A stretch of DNA of 64,000 nucleotides, taken from the NCBI GenBank assembly GCA_944391515.1, contig CALXTW010000006.1, positions 4,978-68,977 of the forward strand. The letters are read 5' to 3'. The notes under the pieces were generated by a model. It searched no databases. It worked only from the letters and a program-made list of their open reading frames with translations, and was not told the origin of the DNA. Numbering within the stretch: the stretch's first letter is position 1; each line of letters begins with the position of its first letter. This DNA comes from an uncultured Alphaproteobacteria bacterium (GTDB lineage Bacteria > Pseudomonadota > Alphaproteobacteria > RF32 > CAG-239). Position numbers and translations under genes: made by a program. Below are positions 39,501-48,462 of this stretch, in pieces.

Positions 39501-41275
39501 TGAAAAAGTTAGGTAATTATTTGTTTTTAAGTCTTGTTGCCTCTGTGATTTTAGCAGGGACGGCTTGGGCGCAAACTTTTAATGCTACCGTCAATCGCAC
39601 CGATGTCCCGCAAGGCGAAACTTTTGTCTTGACGTTGGAACTCATTGATGGAAACGATAAAGGCAATCCTGATTTAAGTGTTTTGGATAAGGATTTTATT
39701 GTTTATTCGGTCGGCACGGCGTTTAACTATAAGTACATTAATGGTGTTTCTTCTAAGTCGCGCCAATGGCAGATTGCTCTTATGCCTAAAAACTCAGGCT
39801 CAATAGAAATTCCGTCAATTCAGATGGATAACCTCGCCACGCAACCGATAACCTTAAATGTTATTCCGGCCAATCAAGCCTTGTCTGCTGGGCAAAACAA
39901 CCCCAATCAACCAGCTCAAAACGCCAATCGTCCAAAGTTTGATATGGTTGCCAAAGTTGAAAACACCAATCCTTATGTTCAGCAAGAAATTGACTACACC
40001 ATCACCATTTATGACACCGGCGGTCTTCAAGGAGATGCTCCACAGTTTATTGACGATGGAAACAATGATTGGATAATCAAGAGCTTGGGCTCACCTACAA
40101 TAGGCTCAAAAATTGTCAATGGTCGCAGCCTAAGAGAAATCACTTTCCGCTATGCTTTGTTTCCGCAAAAAAGCGGTACATTAAAAACACCGGAAGTCCG
40201 TTTTCAGGGATATTATCTGACGCGTTCGCGAGGGTTTAATGACCCGTTTGATGACTTGTTTGGCGGAAATTTGGGCGGTATTGGATTTGCCGATATGTTT
40301 GCTACCCGCAACCCGGTTTTGTTAACCGTCACTCCGCAAAGCATTAAAGTTCGCCCAATCCCGAGTGAAAATGGAACAAATTGGTGGTTGCCTGCCAAAC
40401 AAGTAGCCCTAATGGCCGAATGGGAGCCACGCCAACCCCAATTTAAAGTAGGGGAGGCGGTCAGCCGTACCATATATCTAAAGGCCGTAGGCGTTGCCGA
40501 AAATCAATTGCCCGATATCCGCTTTGAACAAACCCCGGATTTGAAACAATATCCAGATAAAGCCATTTCCTCAAGCGGGCTTGAAAATGGTCAGGTTGTA
40601 GCCGTTAAAAAAATCACCAATGTTTATATTCCGACCACATCTGGAGCCCAAACCATTCCGGAGATTGCGCTTGATTGGTTTAATGTCCAAACCAACCAAA
40701 TGGAAAGAGCGGTTTTGCCGGCAGTAAATATTGAAGTTATGCCCTCAGCCGGTTTACCAACCACGCAACCTCAAGCCGCACAACCATCTCTTCCGCAAGC
40801 AGACGAAGCTCTAGCCCCACAACAGAGCCCAATGGAAGACCTCTCCGATATGTCAATCCCCGGAGGTAACACCAATATGGCATATATAATTGCGGTTGCA
40901 GCCTTCTTGGTTGGTATAGTTTTCAGCTGGCTGATTTTTGGTCGCCGCCGCCCCAATGCCGATGAAATTAAAGATTATGATAAATACATCATCAAGTCCT
41001 TAAAACACAAAGACTACCGTGCTCTTCGCGATGGCTTGGTTACTTGGGGAAGAGAGCGTTGGCACAATGATAAAATCACCAACTTAAAAGAAGTTGCTAA
41101 AGCCGCCCAAGATAAAGAGTTTGGAGCATACTTGGATGAGCTGGGCGCATTGCTCTATGCGCAAACACCCCAATCTTTTAACGAGAAGGGCTTCCTCAAG
41201 AGTTTTGAAAAAGTGCGTAAAGCTAAAATCAAGAGCACCAAAGAGGAGCAACCTCTCCCCAAACTCTATAAATAG
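39500..41275 (+). CDS. batD: BatD family protein
   Basis: Signal peptide, ATVNRT.V..GETF.L, PYVQQEI.YT, KVGEAVSRTI, C-terminal TM, LP.LY end. Confidence 0.85.
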   Translation: MKKLGNYLFLSLVASVILAGTAWAQTFNATVNRTDVPQGETFVLTLELIDGNDKGNPDLSVLDKDFIVYSVGTAFNYKYINGVSSKSRQWQIALMPKNSGSIEIPSIQMDNLATQPITLNVIPANQALSAGQNNPNQPAQNANRPKFDMVAKVENTNPYVQQEIDYTITIYDTGGLQGDAPQFIDDGNNDWIIKSLGSPTIGSKIVNGRSLREITFRYALFPQKSGTLKTPEVRFQGYYLTRSRGFNDPFDDLFGGNLGGIGFADMFATRNPVLLTVTPQSIKVRPIPSENGTNWWLPAKQVALMAEWEPRQPQFKVGEAVSRTIYLKAVGVAENQLPDIRFEQTPDLKQYPDKAISSSGLENGQVVAVKKITNVYIPTTSGAQTIPEIALDWFNVQTNQMERAVLPAVNIEVMPSAGLPTTQPQAAQPSLPQADEALAPQQSPMEDLSDMSIPGGNTNMAYIIAVAAFLVGIVFSWLIFGRRRPNADEIKDYDKYIIKSLKHKDYRALRDGLVTWGRERWHNDKITNLKEVAKAAQDKEFGAYLDELGALLYAQTPQSFNEKGFLKSFEKVRKAKIKSTKEEQPLPKLYK

Positions 41276-41280
41276 CCACA

Positions 41281-41312
41281 AAAAAAGTCCGTTTAGAAAA
41301 ACGGACTTTTTT
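41281..41312. terminator. Bidirectional terminator
   Basis: A6-gtccgtt-loop-aacggac-T6. Confidence 0.85.
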
Positions 41313-41314
41313 AA

Positions 41315-41662
41315 TTATTCTTTGCTTTCCATACGCATTTTTGTAAGCATAATGAGTTTTGCTTGCTCTTTTGTGTATGGTGCAATAACATTTCTGTGTT
41401 TCAACACTAATACGCTGCTATCTTTGAGTAGCATATAAGTAACCGATATTCTCCCGACAGCGTTGCGAGGTGTATCAAAAATCCCAGGTTCAGTCATCAT
41501 ATAGATAACATCTGTTGGTGAAATCCCTGCAATATTTTCATTTGTCGAAAAAATTTGTGTGTTTTGCTGTTGTTTGGTAATTGTTTTGGGCTTTTCTCTC
41601 GGAGAAGACGAACAAGCGCACATCAACAATGCGAAACTAATGAAAAATATCAATTTTCTCAT
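41315..41662 (-). CDS. Hypothetical lipoprotein
   Basis: LMCAC lipobox. Confidence 0.7.
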   Translation of the reverse strand: MRKLIFFISFALLMCACSSSPREKPKTITKQQQNTQIFSTNENIAGISPTDVIYMMTEPGIFDTPRNAVGRISVTYMLLKDSSVLVLKHRNVIAPYTKEQAKLIMLTKMRMESKE

Positions 41663-41674
41663 AAGGCAAAAGTG

Positions 41675-41917
41675 TTAGATTAATCCTTTTTCCTTGAGGA
41701 AATATTCCGGCACGTTGAGCACCATGCGACCGACCGCAAGTTTTGCAGGTCCGCCATCATCAGATGTTTCAACCACGATTGTATCACCATCTGGCATTGG
41801 AACACCAACGAACTGAGCCATTTCATTGAAGAAAAGCGTGAACTTTCCTTCTTCAGTTTCAAACTCCATTCCTTCTCGGGTACCTGTAATTTTTTTGATT
41901 TTAATTGACTTTTTCAT
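41675..41917 (-). CDS. Small hypothetical protein
   Basis: 80-aa ORF in the same direction as neighbours. Confidence 0.65.
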   Translation of the reverse strand: MKKSIKIKKITGTREGMEFETEEGKFTLFFNEMAQFVGVPMPDGDTIVVETSDDGGPAKLAVGRMVLNVPEYFLKEKGLI

Positions 41918-41962
41918 GATTAAAAATTTTTAATGATTAAACAATTTTTTTTAAGTCTCTGA

Positions 41963-42109
41963 TTACCCTCGGCGATGAACCTTGAACTTGTTGGGCGTGA
42001 ATTTTGCTTTTGCAGCACAAGGATTTCCTTGTTTTTTGACCAAACGTTCAGCTTCATACATCTGATTAGGCATAGCCTCAAATCCCAATTTGTTTTTTCT
42101 TTTTCCCAT
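41963..42109 (-). CDS. Small basic protein, 48 aa
   Basis: Not in track: MGKRKNKLGFEAMPNQMYEAERLVKKQGNPCAAKAKFTPNKFKVHRRG*; no clear SD. Confidence 0.5.
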   Translation of the reverse strand: MGKRKNKLGFEAMPNQMYEAERLVKKQGNPCAAKAKFTPNKFKVHRRG

Positions 42110-42187
42110 AATTGTAATTTTTTTTTAAGTTAGACATAAAAATACAAAATTAAGGAGTTTTTAAATCAAAAAGCATTTTTTGTCAAT

Positions 42188-42215
42188 AAAAAAGAGGCCC
42201 TCAATCGAGAGCCTC
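42188..42215 (-). terminator. tyrS terminator
   Basis: Minus strand GAGGC..GCCTC followed by T6. Confidence 0.7.
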
Positions 42216-42235
42216 GTTAACATAAACTCTTTTAA

Positions 42236-43492
42236 CTAAGCAATTTTAATCAAACCGTGTTTTTTCTTTCCTTGAGAGAGCTTAATCTGCCCGTCAATCA
42301 CGTCCGCAGAAGAGAACTTATAGTTCTCGTCGCTCACAACTTGGTCATTGATTTTGAGACCTGCTTGTTTGACCAAACGGCGACCTTCACCTTTGCTGGC
42401 GATAAAGCCGAGTTCAACAAAGGCATCAAGCATAGACAATCCTTCAACGCTTGCTTTTTCAAGACAAGGCAAATCTCCTCCGGCCAAGCCTTTTTCAAAA
42501 GTGGCAATGGCGGTTTCTTGAGCCGCTTTGGCTTCTTCTTCGCCACGACAAATTTTGGTAGCTTCAAAGGCCAAAATTTTCTTAGCTTCGTTAATTTCTT
42601 GGTCTTTAAGGGCTTCCAAGCGTCTGATTTCATTCATCGGTAAATCGGTATAAATACGCAAGCATTTGCCAACTTCGGCATCACCGATGTTACGAAAATA
42701 TTGATAGTAGTTATAGCTGGGGAGTTTTTCTTCATTAATCCAAACCGCATTTCCTTCGGATTTACCCATTTTTTTACCATTTGAATCCGTAATAATCGGG
42801 CTGGTAAATCCAAAGAGCTCAACGTCATATTTTCTGCGTCCGAGTTCGGTACCTGAGGTAATATTACCCCATTGGTCAGAGCCAGCTATTTGCGCACGGC
42901 AACCATATTTTTGGAAGAGTTCGCAAAAGTCATATCCTTGTAAGAGCATATAGTTAAATTCCAAGAAAGACATAGGTTGCTCTCTGTCCAAACGAGATTT
43001 CACGCTGTCCATGGTCAACATACGGTTAACCGAATAATAGGTTCCGATATCGCGTAAAAAGGCGAGGTAATTAATATCCTTAAACCAATCCCAGTTATCA
43101 ACCATCACGGCGTCATTTGCGCTGTTTCCGAATTTCAAGAATTTAGAAAAAGATTTTTTCAAACCTTCAATATTGTGTTTGAGTGTTTCTTCATCCAAAA
43201 ACGGGCGGAGTTTATCTTTACCCGACGGGTCGCCGATTCGAGCGGTTGCACCACCGACCAAAGTTAAAGGTTTATGACCGCATTTTTGGAACCAACGCAT
43301 CATCATCAAAGGGACGATATGTCCGACATGCAAGCTGTCTCCGGTAGGATCAGAGCCCAGGTAGCCGACAGCTGGTTTTCCAGATTTTTCGCACTCATAC
43401 AAGTAAGCATCAAAGGCGCTTTCATTCGTGCATTGATTGTAAAAACCGCGTTCCACCATAATATTTAAAAATTCAGATTTAAATTGGCTCAT
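42236..43492 (-). CDS. tyrS: Tyrosine--tRNA ligase
   Basis: DPTGDSLHVGH, QGYDF, GSDQWGNI, KMGKS, C-terminal S4 domain. Confidence 0.98.
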   Translation of the reverse strand: MSQFKSEFLNIMVERGFYNQCTNESAFDAYLYECEKSGKPAVGYLGSDPTGDSLHVGHIVPLMMMRWFQKCGHKPLTLVGGATARIGDPSGKDKLRPFLDEETLKHNIEGLKKSFSKFLKFGNSANDAVMVDNWDWFKDINYLAFLRDIGTYYSVNRMLTMDSVKSRLDREQPMSFLEFNYMLLQGYDFCELFQKYGCRAQIAGSDQWGNITSGTELGRRKYDVELFGFTSPIITDSNGKKMGKSEGNAVWINEEKLPSYNYYQYFRNIGDAEVGKCLRIYTDLPMNEIRRLEALKDQEINEAKKILAFEATKICRGEEEAKAAQETAIATFEKGLAGGDLPCLEKASVEGLSMLDAFVELGFIASKGEGRRLVKQAGLKINDQVVSDENYKFSSADVIDGQIKLSQGKKKHGLIKIA

Positions 43493-43607
43493 TTTCCTTA
43501 TCCTAAAACAAAAATAAAACAGCTAAAAATAGCTGAAGTTTCATAAATTCTTAACCGATAATATCATATAATTCCAACAATGCAACAACAGAGGTCAATT
43601 TTTTATC

Positions 43608-44726
43608 ATGCCTGTAATAAAACCCTTAAACGCAATCGGCTTATTGAGTACATCCTCACTTGAAGGAGTATATATAGCTTTGCTGAATACGGACGGGGTA
43701 GATGTTTATGATTTTGGGCCTCTGCAACATATTCCATACGATGAAAGTCTAAGAGAAAAAATAAGACCCTTGTTTGGTACTTGCCCTTATACGGATGAGG
43801 CAATTCAAGAGTATAATGAAATCAATGAAGAGCTAACACGTTTCCATGCCGAAGTTGTAAAAGACTATATTTCCACCCATGGCTTAGAAGTAGATATCAT
43901 CGGCTATGAGGGGATTACTTTATATTGCAATCCCGCAGAACATCAAATTATTCAGTTGGGCAACGGCGAATTATTGTCTCGCCTCACGGGAATTAAGGTT
44001 GTTCATGATTTTCACAAAGCAGACCTTCGCTCCGGCGGGCAAGGTTTTCCCCTAGAGCCGGTTTACTATAATGCTTTGTGCGGGGATATTGGCAAGCCGA
44101 TGGCTATCGTAAATATTACCGGCATTTCGCGCGTCACATGGATTGGTACTTACGGCGAAATGGCTGCATTTGACTGTGGTCCGGGCAATGCTGCGATAGA
44201 TGAATGGGTCAGAAAACATGGCGGAATGCATATGGACTATAACGGCAAGCTAGCCATTACCGGAAAGGTTAATGAGCAAATTGTAGCCACTATGATGAAA
44301 CATAAATACTTTGCCAAATACCCGCCCAAGTCGGTTGCTCGCCATGAGTTTGTAGAAAAGTTGGAACACCTTGAGGGGTTAAGTCTAGAGGACGGAGCGG
44401 CCACGGCGACAGCCTTTGTTGCCGAGGCAATAGCTTATTCATTATTACTTTATTTGCCGGAAATCCCCAAAGTAGTGATAGTTTGTGGTGGGGGAGCCAA
44501 AAACCCGACCATTTTAAGATTTTTGCGTCAACGCTTGCCAGAAATGTCAATTCACACAGCTGCCGAAGAGGGGTTAAATACCAACTCTTTGCCTGCACAA
44601 GCCTATGCATTTTTGAGCGCCAGACGTCTATACAATTTACCGATAAGTTTTCCTTCCACCACAGGGGTAGTTGAGCCAATGTCAGGCGGAGAAATAAGCA
44701 CACCGCACCAACAGGAAAACGAATAA
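43608..44726 (+). CDS. anmK: AnmK homologue with degenerate active-site motifs
   Basis: GGQG.PL, FD.GPGN, PPKS, CGGG.KN, PSTTG; divergent from tyrS; many conserved residues substituted. Confidence 0.8.
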   Translation: MPVIKPLNAIGLLSTSSLEGVYIALLNTDGVDVYDFGPLQHIPYDESLREKIRPLFGTCPYTDEAIQEYNEINEELTRFHAEVVKDYISTHGLEVDIIGYEGITLYCNPAEHQIIQLGNGELLSRLTGIKVVHDFHKADLRSGGQGFPLEPVYYNALCGDIGKPMAIVNITGISRVTWIGTYGEMAAFDCGPGNAAIDEWVRKHGGMHMDYNGKLAITGKVNEQIVATMMKHKYFAKYPPKSVARHEFVEKLEHLEGLSLEDGAATATAFVAEAIAYSLLLYLPEIPKVVIVCGGGAKNPTILRFLRQRLPEMSIHTAAEEGLNTNSLPAQAYAFLSARRLYNLPISFPSTTGVVEPMSGGEISTPHQQENE

Positions 44727-44768
44727 ACAGAATTAAAAATATTATGATAAAACTAAAAAATAAGGATT

Positions 44769-44912
44769 ATGAATAGAATTAATATTAGCGGGCAAGATTT
44801 ATCGCAAGATAAAAATCCGCAAAAGGATGTCTGGTATAAAGACCTAGTAATTATTGTATTTCTGGTAATGGTTTTTTACTACATGATATTCGGAGAAGCT
44901 CCGGTTGTGTAA
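44769..44912 (+). CDS. Small single-TM protein, 47 aa
   Basis: Not in track: MNRINISGQDLSQDKNPQKDVWYKDLVIIVFLVMVFYYMIFGEAPVV*; TAAGGA RBS; hairpin + T8 downstream. Confidence 0.65.
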   Translation: MNRINISGQDLSQDKNPQKDVWYKDLVIIVFLVMVFYYMIFGEAPVV

Positions 44913-45003
44913 AATCTTTACCCGTAACGCTCACTCAAAAACCATACAAGCTCCCACAAAGCCTTTATGGTTTTTTTTGTTTTCTAAAACCGATAGATTC
45001 TGT

Positions 45004-45032
45004 TTGACTCGATGGAAAAGTTGTATTAAATT
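45004..45032 (+). promoter_or_regulatory. Putative sigma70 promoter of the ileS leader
   Basis: TTGACT-N17-TAAATT. Confidence 0.55.
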
Positions 45033-45063
45033 TCTGAAAGATTTTCAAAAGAAAGATACCAAG

Positions 45064-45111
45064 ATGCAAATAAATATCATAAATCACATTCCGTTCATTA
45101 TTATCCCTTAG
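45064..45111 (+). CDS. Ile-rich leader peptide MQINIINHIPFIIIP (candidate ileS attenuator)
   Basis: 7 Ile codons in 15, including a 3-Ile run; stop 89 nt upstream of ileS. Confidence 0.7.
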   Translation: MQINIINHIPFIIIP

Positions 45112-45200
45112 GGGATTGCATCATATTTCATACATATCAAATTCATCAATTTCAAAAATTTTAAGTTTTAATAATCAATACAGATACAAGGTGTTTAAGG

Positions 45201-48200
45201 ATGACTAAACATTATGCTGAAGTAAAGGCAAAGGCTGACTTTGTCGAACTGGAAAAAGAAGTTCTCAAGTTTTGGGAAGAAGATAAAACCTTTGAAAAAT
45301 CAGTCCACAACCGTGACGGTGCGGCTGAATTTGTGTTCTATGACGGACCTCCGTTTGCCAATGGTACGCCGCACTATGGACACATTATGGTCTCTTATGT
45401 CAAAGACGTTGTTGCTCGTTTCCAAACCATGAACGGCAAAAAAGTTGAACGCCGCCTCGGATGGGACTGCCACGGTCTTCCGGCTGAAATGTCTGCCGAA
45501 AAGCAGTTAGGTGTTTCAGGGCGTAAACAAATTGAAGAATTCGGCGTTGAAAAATTTAATGACTTCTGCCGTTCTGACGTTTTGAAATATTCAGGTATCT
45601 GGGTTGATATGTTCAAACGCATCGGTCGTTGGGTTGACTTTAACCATGACTATAAGACCATGGATTTGCCTTTTATGGAAAGTGTTATCCATAATTTCAA
45701 AGAGTTGTATGATAAAGGCTTGGTCTATGAAGATTACCGCGTTTTGCCATATTCTTGGGCTGCCGAAACTCCTTTGTCAAACTTTGAGGTCAATCAAGGC
45801 TACCAAGACAAAACCGATAATGCCATTACCGTAATGTTCAAACTTGAAAACGGCATGAATATTTTGGTATGGACCACCACTCCTTGGACCTTACCTTCCA
45901 ACCTGATGTTGGCTGTTGGCTTAGATATTGACTATGCCATTATGGAAGAGGACGCTCAAAAATATGTTTTGGCACAAGCCTTACTTGGCAGATACAAAAA
46001 ACAACTCGAACACGCTACCCAAGTCGGAAGCATCAAAGGTAAAGATTTGGTAGGCTTGAGCTATGAGCCGATGTTCCCGTATTTTAAGGATTTGAAAGCC
46101 AAAGGTGCCTTTAAGGTTTTGAGCGGTGAATTCGTTTCGACCGAAGACGGTACCGGTATTGTTCATATTGCCCCGGGCTTTGGTCAAGATGACTTTGATG
46201 CTTGCCGTGCTTATGATGAAAACTTCCCCGTCGTTTGCCCGGTAGATGAAGCCGGTAAGTTCACTTCCGAAGTTCCCGATTATGAGGGCAAGCAGGTGTT
46301 TGAAACCAATGAGCCGATTATGCAACTCTTAAAAGAGCGTGGCATCTTGGTTAAAAAAGAGCAATACACTCACTCATACCCGTTCTGCTGGAGAACAGAT
46401 ACGCCGTTGATTTATAAGGCTATGTCCAGCTGGTTTGTTAAGGTAACGGATTTCCGTGATGAAATGGTGAAGAATAACCAACAAATCAATTGGGTTCCTG
46501 AGCATATTAAAGACGGCCGTTTCGGTAAATGGCTGGAAGGCGCGCGTGATTGGTCAATTTCCAGAAATCGTTTCTGGGGTACACCGATTCCGGTTTGGAA
46601 ATCTGATAACCCGAAATTCCCGCGGATTGATGTCTTTGGCTCAATTCAAGAGATTAAAGAAAAGACCGGATTTGAGGTTACCAATCTGCATAAGCCTTAT
46701 ATTGATGATGTGGTTTATCCCAATCCGGATGACCCGTCGGGGCAAACCATGATGCGCCGCGTAGGTGATGTGTTTGACTGCTGGTTTGAATCCGGCTCAA
46801 TGCCCTATGCGCAAATTCACTATCCGTTTGAAAACAAAGAGTGGTTTGAAAGCCACTTCCCGGCCGACTTTATTGTTGAGGCTATGGACCAAACCCGTGG
46901 TTGGTTCTACACCTTAACGGTATTATCCACGGCTCTGCACAATCGTCCGGCATTCAAAAATTGTATCTGTACCGGTTTGCTGATGGCCGAAGGCGGACAA
47001 AAGCTCTCCAAACGCCTCAAGAACTATCCAGACCCGAATGAGGTTTTGGATTCAATTGGTTCTGATGCTCTGCGTTGGTTCTTGGTTTCTTCTCCGGTCT
47101 TAAAAGGCGGAAATCTGGCGGTCGATAAAGAAGGTAAAGAAATTGCCAAAGCCTCTCGCGTGGCACAAATTCCGCTGTGGAATGCTTTTTACTTCTTCAC
47201 ACTCTATGCTAATGCCGAAGAATATCAAGCCAAAGAAATCAGCTCTTCATCTGAGGCAATTGATAACTATATTCTCTCTAAGTTGAAACACTTGGCCGAA
47301 GTTGTTAAATCAGGCATTGAAAGCTACGATGTTGCTTTAGCCACCAATGAGTTAGCCTCATTTATGGAAGTTCTGAACAACTGGTACATTCGCCGCACTC
47401 GTGACCGTTTCTGGGAAGGCGAGGCTCAAGCCTTTGACACACTCTATACGGTTTTGGTCAATACTTGTAAAATTGCCGCACCTCTGATGCCGTTCTTGAG
47501 TGAATATATCTTCAAAGCCTTAACCGGTGAAGAATCCGTCCACTTGGCAGATTATCCAAGCTTGAGTGCGATTAAGTACGATGCCGAATTGGTCAGCACC
47601 ATGGACTTTGTCCAAGATTTGTGCTCAACCGGTAAGTTCATCCGTGAGGAAAAGAACTTAAGAAACCGTCTGCCGTTAAACAGCTTAACGGTCATCGGAG
47701 CTGAGTTAAGTCCGGCTTATCAAGAGATTGTTAAAGATGAGCTCAATGTAAAACAAGTTAAATTTGACAATCATCTTGAAAATTATGCCACGAAGAAAAT
47801 CTACCTCTATACGCCATTGTTGGGTAAAGCCTTAGGCAAGGCAATGGGCGCGGTTATGGCTGCTTATAAGCAAGGCCAATGGAGCCTAAACGAAGACGGA
47901 ACGCTCTTCATCGGCGGTCAAACTTTGACCAAAGACTTGTTTGAAGTCCGCCTAGAGATGAAAGACGGCGTTGCCGGTAAGTCTTTTGCCGATAACAAGG
48001 CTGTTGTAACCTTGGATACCACAGTAACGGATGCCCTCAAACGTGAAGGCATGGCTAGAGACTTTGTGCGCCTGGTTCAAACTTTGCGTAAAGACAAAGA
48101 CTTTAATATTTCCGATAGAATAGAATTGAGCTATAAAACACCTGACGCCGAATTGGCTCAAGCTCTGGAAGAAAATAAAGACTATGTCGCAGAGCAGGTT

Positions 48201-48290
48201 TTAGCAGTCAAATTCAACAATGATTGCAGTGAGGGCACTCAGGCAGACATTGAAGGCAAGTCAATTTGCTTTGATGCCAAAGTTGCCTAA
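45201..48290 (+). CDS. ileS: Isoleucine--tRNA ligase, type 2 (IleRS2)
   Basis: FYDGPPFANG.PHYGH, GWDCHGLP, WTTTPWTLPSN, DWSISRNRFWGTPIP, KLSKRLKNY; 1029 aa, no C-terminal Zn finger. Confidence 0.96.
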   Translation: MTKHYAEVKAKADFVELEKEVLKFWEEDKTFEKSVHNRDGAAEFVFYDGPPFANGTPHYGHIMVSYVKDVVARFQTMNGKKVERRLGWDCHGLPAEMSAEKQLGVSGRKQIEEFGVEKFNDFCRSDVLKYSGIWVDMFKRIGRWVDFNHDYKTMDLPFMESVIHNFKELYDKGLVYEDYRVLPYSWAAETPLSNFEVNQGYQDKTDNAITVMFKLENGMNILVWTTTPWTLPSNLMLAVGLDIDYAIMEEDAQKYVLAQALLGRYKKQLEHATQVGSIKGKDLVGLSYEPMFPYFKDLKAKGAFKVLSGEFVSTEDGTGIVHIAPGFGQDDFDACRAYDENFPVVCPVDEAGKFTSEVPDYEGKQVFETNEPIMQLLKERGILVKKEQYTHSYPFCWRTDTPLIYKAMSSWFVKVTDFRDEMVKNNQQINWVPEHIKDGRFGKWLEGARDWSISRNRFWGTPIPVWKSDNPKFPRIDVFGSIQEIKEKTGFEVTNLHKPYIDDVVYPNPDDPSGQTMMRRVGDVFDCWFESGSMPYAQIHYPFENKEWFESHFPADFIVEAMDQTRGWFYTLTVLSTALHNRPAFKNCICTGLLMAEGGQKLSKRLKNYPDPNEVLDSIGSDALRWFLVSSPVLKGGNLAVDKEGKEIAKASRVAQIPLWNAFYFFTLYANAEEYQAKEISSSSEAIDNYILSKLKHLAEVVKSGIESYDVALATNELASFMEVLNNWYIRRTRDRFWEGEAQAFDTLYTVLVNTCKIAAPLMPFLSEYIFKALTGEESVHLADYPSLSAIKYDAELVSTMDFVQDLCSTGKFIREEKNLRNRLPLNSLTVIGAELSPAYQEIVKDELNVKQVKFDNHLENYATKKIYLYTPLLGKALGKAMGAVMAAYKQGQWSLNEDGTLFIGGQTLTKDLFEVRLEMKDGVAGKSFADNKAVVTLDTTVTDALKREGMARDFVRLVQTLRKDKDFNISDRIELSYKTPDAELAQALEENKDYVAEQVLAVKFNNDCSEGTQADIEGKSICFDAKVA

Positions 48291-48310
48291 AAACAAAGCA
48301 AAAAAACATC

Positions 48311-48338
48311 AAAAAGAGGTCGCAAGACCTCTTTTTTT
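48311..48338 (+). terminator. ileS terminator
   Basis: A5-gaggtc-gcaa-gacctc-T7. Confidence 0.9.
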
Positions 48339-48462
48339 GTATGAATTTTTTGTAACGTCTTTTTAAAGTAATAGACAAAATGTCCAAATTATGCTATTTT
48401 GAAACTAAGATAATCTTAACCAATTTTGTTTAATATAAAGGCAAAATTTTGCAAAAAGGATT

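Noticed and set aside
43500-43555. 13-codon ORF MKLQLFLAVLFLF upstream of tyrS as a leader peptide
   Set aside because: No Tyr codons, no SD, and expected by chance in T-rich DNA.
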